The position numbers were made by a program, and so were the translations under genes. A stretch of DNA of 36,787 nt. Source: Bacteroidales bacterium. Lineage in GTDB: Bacteria; Bacteroidota; Bacteroidia; Bacteroidales; WCHB1-69. This document shows, piece after piece, positions 19,801 to 26,206 of this stretch. The first letter of the stretch is position 1, and the number at the start of each line of letters is the position of its first letter. Under the pieces are notes generated by a model. The model worked only from the letters and a program-made list of their open reading frames with translations. It made no database searches and had not been told where the DNA came from. The stretch is from the NCBI GenBank assembly GCA_031266895.1, contig JAISAD010000002.1, positions 1 to 36,787 of the forward strand. Direction: 5' to 3'.

Positions 19801-21358
19801 GGCAAGCAGCGGCAATGAGCTTACCGCTACCCGGCCGGAATGCAGGGGATTGACTTTCAATGCGGCGACGGCCGATTTTGACTTTGGCACAAATATTATC
19901 AAATGTACCGGAGTGCGCTACATTGATGTGGGCGATGCCGCCGTAATTCCCGATAACGGACTGATTACCATTAGAGAACATGCCGACATGGATTTGCTGA
20001 CCGGTGCCCGCATCGTAGCCGGCCGTCTTGGCAAATTCCATGAGCTGTACCGCTGCACCATAAAAATTACAGCCAAAAACAACATGCGCGGCTCGGGCAG
20101 TTACGACTATGTGGATGAAACCGATAGGGTACAGACTGTTGCCATGGACTCTATATGGTTTTATCAGCAGACAAGGGCAGTAGGGAAAATTTCGCCTGAA
20201 AGCGATTTCAAGCTCAGTCCGCATTTTGGCTTTGACGGCAGGGTAGAGCTGAATAGCCTCAACGAATTTCTCTATTTTGTGGGCGGCGTTGAAATTATGC
20301 ACGATTGCGACAACGTCAAATACGCCCGCCTGCGCATCCTGCAGCAGGTAAATCCGAAAGCTATCTACCTGGAAATCCACAATCGCAGCAAGGATGTAGC
20401 AGACCGCAAGGCAGTAGTGGCCATAGCTTCGGCCAACCGCACAGGACGCATCTATACCTGCTTCGGTGCAGCCAAAGACCAGTTTAATGATGCGGAATAT
20501 ATTTCAACATTCGGCTACATCACCTACGACCACGCCTCTAACGAATTTCGGGCAGCCTCCATGGCCAAACTGGAAGACCCCTCGCAGCCCGGCAATATTA
20601 TTCGCTTGAATAAGTATGACTGCATAGCCACCGGAACGGGAGCTATTGACATGGGAACTAAGCTGGGACGGGTGGACTTTAAGACTTCGGGCACGATTAC
20701 CAATTATATGAAAAGCGACTCGGCCGACATGCGCCTCTCGGCCTCTATTGACTTTTTCTTCTGCGAGCCGGCCATGAAAGTAATGACGGACGATATTGAA
20801 AATTCAGGCTCGATTGATTTCTTTGACCCCTCCTCAGACGACGATTACGAGCAGGCTTTATTCAACATGCTGGGCGAAAAGGCCTACGAAAAATACAAGA
20901 GCGAACTGGCAAATACCGGCCGCGTAAAGAAAATACCCGATGCGCTAAAAATAAAATTCCTCTTCTCCAACGTCAAATTCAGGTGGGACGAGGCAAACTC
21001 GGCCTTTATTTCGCAAGCGCAGCTCTATCTGGCTGTTTGCAACAGCAAAGAGGTGGACAGGGTAATGCCCGGCCGCTTGGTAATAGAAAAAAAAGGCTCG
21101 CGCAACCGTTTCTACTTCTACACCGAATTTGACAGCCACTTCTATTTCTTCCAGTTTGAAAACAACAGCATGTACGGCTTTTCGTCCAGCACCGCATTCA
21201 ACGAAGCCATTCAGGCAGTATCGCCCAGCAAGCGCGCCTTGAACTCGGCCAGGGGTCTGCCCGCCTACAGCTATAAGCTGGGTAACCGCAGCCAAAAAAA
21301 CAAATTCGTAAAGAAATACTACAGCCTTCCCAAAGCGGAAGAAGGCAGCGGAGAATAG
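16871..21358 (+). CDS. Large secreted beta-rich hypothetical protein (about 1495 aa)
   Basis: Long ORF with signal peptide MRRFSLVIFLISVSFFVSAQ at 16871. A TATTTTTG element at 16841-16848 supports this start over 16805. Confidence 0.8.
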   Translation: MRRFSLVIFLISVSFFVSAQKFSGFSGDVAKTADEVKAFIETAPKDRQREGDELVKQFELLWNKGAVAAPVQHDFIETANQLIDKKLRPFPHFRAFMLAYLAFAQSEHIDIHADWKSCVSYFINSEPGKFSDYMNTYADFFRGKYLNNKSNVKWRVDGSLDRMGIDKEPYLSFKNVDLTGASLQDSLTIINTSGRFFPLSGNWEGKGGEVNWARAGLTDQVKATLDNYRVEVKFAFFKAENVTFYYPKLFARPLKGRLEEKAGLEVSEEKATYPRFKSYENTLTVKGMYENVDYIGGFEMRGGSVLGSSDSIIPAKVLVRNAKGKLVVKVESYSFLFRPQNLLSQDARISVYFDTDSIYHPAANFKYNSDMRELIVSRPKDGVGRSPFFDSYHKMDIYAESIQWKTDMERIEIKPLVGMQSSSPARFESQNYFNSQVMREMQGFNEINPLYTLWEVFHRNKLNPLTLNQVCSHFKKSPVDIRRLLIDMAAFGFIEYDVINDRIIYRRKLAQYLNNDIDKMDYDNIVLESNTHFATIDLVTNRLNITGCEFFVLSDAQIVNVYPTGGKVTVKRNRDMDFSGKIIAGLFDFASHQCEFNYDKFEVGMNVIDTLILYSEDMNAPVNMYGEHKLRRIRSVIEELSGTLYIDVPGNKSGRVDYPDYPMFEARKGGHVFYDKQEVLGGVYTRDRFHFSLDRFIIKNLDNFSIDSMKFSGRLISGGIFEDIEEPLQIRPDFSLGFVYKTNPSGIKMYEGRATYHNVIDLSNRGLRGKGTIQYLTSTTIADDYIFYLDSTTGNPSSHVVAPQIAGTEYPPASVVNARLFWQPYQEQMFVYTKNSLMDIFGETRLSGFSRLTPSGMYGGGVLDFKRADLISQHFTFLHHALLADSSNLRIFMTEEKKEQVFSTSNYLSDINFQTRKGAFTSRDGFSEVFFIKNEYKARADYFEWSPIDDNLLSFKWNDPYAGVDINGQPARDLMDMASSGNELTATRPECRGLTFNAATADFDFGTNIIKCTGVRYIDVGDAAVIPDNGLITIREHADMDLLTGARIVAGRLGKFHELYRCTIKITAKNNMRGSGSYDYVDETDRVQTVAMDSIWFYQQTRAVGKISPESDFKLSPHFGFDGRVELNSLNEFLYFVGGVEIMHDCDNVKYARLRILQQVNPKAIYLEIHNRSKDVADRKAVVAIASANRTGRIYTCFGAAKDQFNDAEYISTFGYITYDHASNEFRAASMAKLEDPSQPGNIIRLNKYDCIATGTGAIDMGTKLGRVDFKTSGTITNYMKSDSADMRLSASIDFFFCEPAMKVMTDDIENSGSIDFFDPSSDDDYEQALFNMLGEKAYEKYKSELANTGRVKKIPDALKIKFLFSNVKFRWDEANSAFISQAQLYLAVCNSKEVDRVMPGRLVIEKKGSRNRFYFYTEFDSHFYFFQFENNSMYGFSSSTAFNEAIQAVSPSKRALNSARGLPAYSYKLGNRSQKNKFVKKYYSLPKAEEGSGE

Positions 21359-21398
21359 CGAGCAACGGCTTCGTGCCTCGCAATGACGGATAATTATC

Positions 21399-21498
21399 AA
21401 AAAAAGCAACGGGGTTACTAACTACCCCGTTGCTTCCTTTAAATACAAACCATTAAATATAAAAAAATTTAAACTGCATGAATAAACAAGAAACATGC
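21399..21498 (-). ncRNA. Putative array sRNA 1 (GCAUG-hairpin subfamily)
   Basis: -7 element 21503-21510, terminator hairpin 21406-21433 plus U-tract. Ends approximate. Confidence 0.55.
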
Positions 21499-21651
21499 GC
21501 TGCAAAAATAGCAAAAAAAAATGAATAACAGCGTAAAACAGCAAAAAAAACCTTCAACCTACTTTACAACTAACCTTCCGCAGTAAAATTGCCGCTAAAA
21601 TGCCAGCATCATTCCGCAACACGCTCCGTTGGAACAGGAAAAATGAGCATC

Positions 21652-21730
21652 AAAAAAAGCAACGGGGTAGTTTAGAAACCTCGTTGCTTCCACAAAAAAT
21701 TCAAGCTGCATGAATAATCAAGAAACATGC
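21652..21730 (-). ncRNA. Putative array sRNA 2 (GCAUG-hairpin subfamily)
   Basis: -7 element 21735-21742, hairpin 21659-21687 plus U-tract. Confidence 0.55.
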
Positions 21731-21881
21731 GCTGCAAAAATAGAAAAAAAAATGAATAACAGCACAAAACGGCAAAAAATCTTCAATCTACTTAATTAAC
21801 CTGCTGCGGTAAAATTGCCGCTAAAATACAAACATCATTCTGTAACACGCTCCGCTGGAGCAGGAAAGGTGAGCATTTTTT

Positions 21882-21941
21882 AAAAAAAAACAACGGGCTA
21901 CTTAACCCCATATGCGCCCGTTGCCTTCTTTCATTAAAAAC
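21882..21941 (-). ncRNA. Putative array sRNA 3 (short 5' segment, 17-nt terminator loop)
   Basis: -7 element 21946-21953, hairpin 21891-21923 plus U-tract. Confidence 0.5.
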
Positions 21942-22097
21942 GCTGCAAAAATAGAAAAAAAAAGTGAATAACAGCACAAAAACGGCAAAAAAAATCTTCA
22001 ATCTATTTAATTAATTAACCTGCCGCAGTAAAATTGCCGCTAAAATGCAAACATCACTCCGCAACACGCTCCGCTGGAGCGGGAAAAATTGAGCATC

Positions 22098-22193
22098 AAA
22101 AAAAAGCAACGGGCTATACAATAGCCCGTTGCCTCCTTCTAAATAAAATATAAAATTAAAAAATTAAAAATCGCATGAATGATAAAAACATGC
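22098..22193 (-). ncRNA. Putative array sRNA 4 (GCAUG-hairpin subfamily)
   Basis: -7 element 22198-22205, hairpin 22106-22132 plus U-tract. Confidence 0.55.
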
Positions 22194-22347
22194 ACTGCAA
22201 AAATAGGAAAAAAAATGAATAACAGCGCAAAACGGCAAAAAAAAACCTTCAACCTGTCTTACAACTAACTTACCGCAGTAAAAATTGCCGCTAAAATGCC
22301 AGCATCATTCCGCAACACGCTCCATTGGAACAGTAACAATGAGCATC

Positions 22348-22415
22348 AAAAAAAGCAACGGAGCTAGCTGCTCCGTTGCCCCTTTTCATGCTAATGAAAA
22401 CGTACATTTATTTCC
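22348..22415 (-). ncRNA. Putative array sRNA 5 (UUUCAU/AUGAAA subfamily)
   Basis: -7 element 22420-22427, hairpin 22355-22379 plus U-tract. Confidence 0.55.
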
Positions 22416-22567
22416 GCTGCAAAAATAGGGAAAAAAAATGAATAACAGCGCAAAACAGCAAAAAAAATCTTCAACCTGTTTCACGATTAACTTACCGCAG
22501 TAAAAATTGCCGCTAAAAAGCAAACAACCTTCTGCAACACGCTCCATTGGAACAGAAAAAAAGCATC

Positions 22568-22635
22568 AAAAAAAACAACGGGGCTAGCTGCCCCGTTGCC
22601 CCTTTTCATAAAATATGAAACAGAGCCTTATTTTC
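22568..22635 (-). ncRNA. Putative array sRNA 6 (UUUCAU/AUGAAA subfamily)
   Basis: -7 element 22640-22647, hairpin 22576-22598 plus U-tract. Confidence 0.55.
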
Positions 22636-22791
22636 GCTGCAAAAATAGCAAAAAAAATGAATAGCAGCGCAAAACGGCAAAAAAAAAAATCTTTAACCTG
22701 TTTCACAATTAACTTACCGCAGTAAAAATTGCCGCTAAAATGCCAGCATCATTCCGCAACACGCTCCATTGGAACAGTAACAATGAGCATC

Positions 22792-22873
22792 AAAAAAAGC
22801 AACGGGATACCTTATTGCCCGTCGCCTTCAATTTAACAAAAAATTTTAATGTGCATGAAGCAAAAAAACATGC
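22792..22873 (-). ncRNA. Putative array sRNA 7 (GCAUG-hairpin subfamily)
   Basis: -7 element 22878-22885, hairpin 22799-22825 plus U-tract. Confidence 0.55.
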
Positions 22874-22963
22874 GCTGCAAAAATAGAAAAAAATATTGAA
22901 TAACGGCACAAAACGGCAAAAATAAATATTCGTTACAGAAAACAATCGCCCGTGCAATTCATT

Positions 22964-23078
22964 AAAAAAAAGCAACGGGCTACTGTAAAACCCGTTGCCT
23001 CCTTCTTTTTATTTATGAGTAAACCTCTTTGCGCTTCAGAAACGCTACCAAAACCAAAAGCGCACAAAAATCAAAAGC
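22964..23078 (-). ncRNA. Putative array sRNA 8 (longest, extra UGCGCU/AGCGCA stem)
   Basis: -7 element 23083-23090, hairpin 22972-22998 plus U-tract. Confidence 0.55.
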
Positions 23079-23233
23079 GCTGCAAAAATAGCAAAAAAAA
23101 ATGAATAACAGCACAAAACGGCAAAAAAAAAACCTTCAACCTGCTTTACAACTAACCTTCCGCGGTAAAATTGCCGCTAAAATGCAAACATCACTCCGCA
23201 ACACGCTCCATTGAAACAGTAACAATGAGCATC

Positions 23234-23294
23234 AAAAAAAGCAACGAGCTATATAGCAGCCCGTTGCCCCTCTCATTATGTACAATTTATCTTC
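23234..23294 (-). ncRNA. Putative array sRNA 9
   Basis: -7 element 23299-23306, hairpin 23241-23267 plus U-tract. Confidence 0.55.
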
Positions 23295-23449
23295 GCTGCA
23301 AAAATAGAAAAAAATATTGGATAATAGCACAAAACGGTAAAAAAAAACCTTCAACCTGTCTTACAGCCAACTTTCCGCGGTAAACTTTCCGCTAAAAAGC
23401 CAGCATCCTTCCGCAACACGCTCCGCTTGAAACAGGAAAAATGAGCATC

Positions 23450-23511
23450 AAAAAAAAACAACGGGCTATATAACAGCCCGTTGCCCCTTTCGTCATGAAA
23501 GTATTTTATGT
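23450..23511 (-). ncRNA. Putative array sRNA 10
   Basis: -7 element 23516-23523, hairpin 23459-23483 plus U-tract. Confidence 0.55.
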
Positions 23512-23554
23512 ACTGCAAAAATAGAAAAAATATTGGATAACAGCACAAAACGAC

Positions 23555-23624
23555 AAAAAAAAGACAACGGGGCTAGCTGCCCCGTTGTCCCTTTTCACAA
23601 AATATGAAAACATACATTCTTTTC
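23555..23624 (-). ncRNA. Putative array sRNA 11 (UUUCAU subfamily)
   Basis: -7 element 23629-23636, hairpin 23563-23589 with a compensatory GACAAC/GTTGTC change. Confidence 0.55.
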
Positions 23625-23763
23625 GCGGCAAAAATAGTAAAAAAAAATGAATAACAGCGCAAAACGGCAAAAAAAACCTTTAACCTGTCTTACAGCCAAC
23701 TTTCCGCTAAAAAGCAAACAACCTTCTGCAACACGCTCCATTGGAACAGAAAAAAAGCATCAT

Positions 23764-23831
23764 AAAATAACAACGGGGCCAGCGGCCCCGTTGCTCCTTT
23801 TCATAGAATTATGAAACAGAATATTTTTCTC
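23764..23831 (-). ncRNA. Putative array sRNA 12 (UUUCAU/AUGAAA subfamily)
   Basis: -7 element 23836-23843, hairpin 23771-23793 with an interrupted U-tract. Confidence 0.55.
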
Positions 23832-23973
23832 GCGGCAAAAATAGCAAAAAAAAATGAATAACAGCGCAAAACGGCAAAAAAAAACTTCAATCTACTTATA
23901 TTAAATAATTTGCCGTGGTAAAATTGCCGCTAAAATGCAAACATCTCTCTGTTGAAACAGGAAAAAAAGCATC

Positions 23974-24038
23974 AAAAAAAAGCAACGGGCTATATCGCAG
24001 CCCGTTGCCTATGGAAAAGTGTAATGCACTTAAAAAGC
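23974..24038 (-). ncRNA. Putative array sRNA 13
   Basis: -7 element 24043-24050, hairpin 23982-24008 plus U-tract, and an internal AAGTG/CACTT stem. Confidence 0.55.
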
Positions 24039-24196
24039 ACTGCAAAAATAGTAAAAAAAAATGAATAACAGCACAAAACGGCAAAAAAAACTTCAATCTA
24101 CCTTATAATTAACTTTCCGCGGTAAAATTGCCGCCCTGCTGCCATACTGCACACATACACGCCCGCAGCAAGCCATCGCCGTCAATCAATTAATAA

Positions 24197-24511
24197 TCAC
24201 GCTTTCTGCCGGCCCTTCAGGACCCTCCTTGCCGTGCGAATTGGAATAGCGGGCATAAAGATGCGCCTCTGTAGCCCTCTGCTCCATGCGAAATCTGCAA
24301 GTATTAGCGGGAAACCTGCAGGAGGTAGCTCGAAAGCTGCTCTTGAAATCCCAAAAACTGCAAATATTAACAAGAAAACTGCATACGGAAATACGAGGCT
24401 GGGGAGCGCATTTTGAGACAGTGCTGCCGTGCGGCTTAAAATGCCCGAAAACGGCATCTCGAGAGCGGTATTCCGACTCGCCGATAGTGCAGTACAAACT
24501 GTTGCTGGCAT
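24197..24511 (-). CDS. Possible 104 aa hypothetical membrane protein upstream of the array
   Basis: TATTTTTGCAGC element at 24548-24555, A-rich leader TAAATCAATG, and one hydrophobic stretch (LVFPYAVFLLIFAVFGI). Could instead be non-coding. Confidence 0.3.
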   Translation of the reverse strand: MPATVCTALSASRNTALEMPFSGILSRTAALSQNALPSLVFPYAVFLLIFAVFGISRAAFELPPAGFPLILADFAWSRGLQRRIFMPAIPIRTARRVLKGRQKA

Positions 24512-24588
24512 TGATTTAGGAGTTTTGATGATTAAAATATTCGGCTGCAAAAATACAAAAATAATGGCAAAGTCAGATATTTTCGTTA

Positions 24589-25962
24589 TTACTTTACAAT
24601 CCTGTCGAGAATAGCCACAATCTGAGCGCGAATGCTCTTGGCTTTGTGGTACAGGAAATCGCCGCGCCACCAGAATCCAAAGCGGGTAAACCTCATCAGC
24701 TGCTTCTTTACCATTATTTTTCCTCTTATATATACTACCAGGCTTACAGGCACAGACCCCAGATAGCACAGCGCAATCCACCACACTCCCGTAATATGCC
24801 ACACTGTAATAAAGGTAGCAATAAACCAAATGGGGTAAGAAATCAGGCAGGAGATGCCGAAATGAAACGAGTTGTGAAGCATCGGATCTTTTATCTTTCT
24901 GGTTATTAGCGTGCTGGCATTATAGGGTATAAAGTTGGTAATGCAGCCGTAAATTAAAAGCGGAATCAGCAGCAGCGCCAGCAGAGTTCTGAAAACAACT
25001 GTTCCAAACGAAATCTTCTCGGCCAGAACCCAGTCGTAAACATGCAGCTTGTCGAGAGTAACGGAGTACTCGCGTGCCTTCAGCATCAAGGCATTAAAAT
25101 CTTCGGGATTATCGTCCCGCAACCGGTCAACCGAAGCTACAATCTTTTGTTCCGCCTTGAGGATGTTGGGATAGTACCAGGCCTTTTGCCCCTCCCTCTT
25201 CACCACATTCCTGGCATAAAGTGTTCTTAAAATATCATACTCTTCATACAGCGCCTTATCCTTAATATTAAGCATCAGCCCCTGAATTCTCTCATGCGCC
25301 CACTCTGTTAAGACCTTTCTGGCCCTGTCGGGATGCTCCCTGTACAAATCGTACAGCTCTTCAAACGAGAAAGGCTCTCCGACGGTGATAATCAGCTTGT
25401 GCTGAAACCCGAAGTAGTGGGAGTAGTGGTTGGAACAGGGCAAGATATAGACAGGCTTTTCAAAGTTCATCTCCTCGGCAGCCGAGAAGGCAATGCGGGC
25501 AAAGCCCTTTTTGAAAGAGCCCAGGTGATGGCAATCCTCATGTCCTGCCTCAGGAAAAAGGCACACCACGCCGTTGTCCGAAAGGATGCGGGCAGATTTG
25601 CTGAAAATAGCCGAGTTTTCGCGCACGCTTCCGCTACCGCTGCTCGCATCGCGTGCCCTGTAAGCAGGCATAATGCGCAGAAGGCGCAGCAGCTTGGCCA
25701 CAAAATCCTTCTTAAAAATATCGGAACGGGCTATGAAAACAGGATAGCGTCCATCCTTTCTGAAGGCAAAGAGAATGCCCAGGGCATCAGACAGCCCGTT
25801 TTGATGATTGCTTATTACCACTACAGGCTTTTTTCTGGGTATGCGCTCCCGATTCAGCACATAATATTTGCTGTAGAAGATGTATTCGTGAAAAAAATTA
25901 ATGTACGGATGCAGTACGGAGTACTTAAAGTTGGGCTTATCTACACGTTCAAAATCAATCAT
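24589..25962 (-). CDS. Glycerolipid acyltransferase (PlsC-like) with C-terminal TM helices
   Basis: NHQNGLSD (HxxxxD), FIAR, PAYR, LFPEAG and FKKGFARIA acyltransferase blocks. -7 element at 25990-25997. Confidence 0.88.
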   Translation of the reverse strand: MIDFERVDKPNFKYSVLHPYINFFHEYIFYSKYYVLNRERIPRKKPVVVISNHQNGLSDALGILFAFRKDGRYPVFIARSDIFKKDFVAKLLRLLRIMPAYRARDASSGSGSVRENSAIFSKSARILSDNGVVCLFPEAGHEDCHHLGSFKKGFARIAFSAAEEMNFEKPVYILPCSNHYSHYFGFQHKLIITVGEPFSFEELYDLYREHPDRARKVLTEWAHERIQGLMLNIKDKALYEEYDILRTLYARNVVKREGQKAWYYPNILKAEQKIVASVDRLRDDNPEDFNALMLKAREYSVTLDKLHVYDWVLAEKISFGTVVFRTLLALLLIPLLIYGCITNFIPYNASTLITRKIKDPMLHNSFHFGISCLISYPIWFIATFITVWHITGVWWIALCYLGSVPVSLVVYIRGKIMVKKQLMRFTRFGFWWRGDFLYHKAKSIRAQIVAILDRIVK

Positions 25963-26206
25963 AACTGTTTATTTATAATAATTAAGCTGCAAAAATACAA
26001 AAAAAGGCAACGCCTTTAATTTTCTTAATCAAATTATTTTCGCGTGATGTTAAGCATGTGTCTGTCTGCTTTAAAAGAATTAAAAAACATCGGGCAGAGA
26101 AGGGCTGCCCCAGGCCTGTTTTATGTCGCCAAAGCTCTGATGGAGACAGGGCTGCCATATCAAAAAATTAGTGTATTTTTGCGCTTTTTAAAATATAAAT
26201 GCGATT

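Larger units (their letters stand above)
21396..24134 (-). repeat. Tandem array of 13 promoter / variable segment / terminator cassettes (period mostly 205-270 bp)
   Basis: 13 copies of GCAAAAATAG and 13 of an A-tract plus CAACG...CGT(T/C)G hairpin, with a conserved linker (CCGCAGTAAAATTGCCGCTAAAA...CAACACGCTCC...GAGCATC) in most units. No consistent reading frame. Confidence 0.95.

Noticed and set aside
19103-20380. 425 aa antisense ORF
   Set aside because: Shadow of the giant plus-strand gene, with no recognisable motifs.
21792-24096. Short ORFs within the array (21792-22001, 22790-22975, 23171-23383, 23351-23548, 23896-24096) and plus-strand ATG mini-ORFs as peptides or type I toxins
   Set aside because: Frames are not conserved between units (unit 5 and unit 6 ATGs enter the constant region in different frames) and are broken by variable A-runs. 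The Phe/Lys richness simply reflects homopolymers.
21396-24134. CRISPR array
   Set aside because: The constant parts are about 150-190 bp and degenerate, variable parts range from about 20 to 80 nt and fall into related subfamilies, each unit has its own promoter and terminator, and there are no cas genes in the window.
21396-24134. Integron cassette array or type III toxin-antitoxin repeat
   Set aside because: No integrase, attC-bounded ORFs or adjacent ToxN/CptN-like gene is visible, and the unit architecture differs.
21396-24134. Assembly artefact
   Set aside because: Units are all distinct, with compensatory substitutions and unit-specific indels, which repeat collapse or expansion errors would not generate.
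24512-24829. 5' extension of the 210 aa ORF 24197-24829
   Set aside because: It overlaps the acyltransferase 3' end in another frame and spans a promoter element. Only the part from ATG 24511 is plausible.
26092-26156. pyrG attenuator (GGGCAG/CTGCCC hairpin, AGGGCTGCC repeat)
   Set aside because: It lies upstream of the predicted -7 element (26174), so it is not in the pyrG leader, and it has no U-tract.
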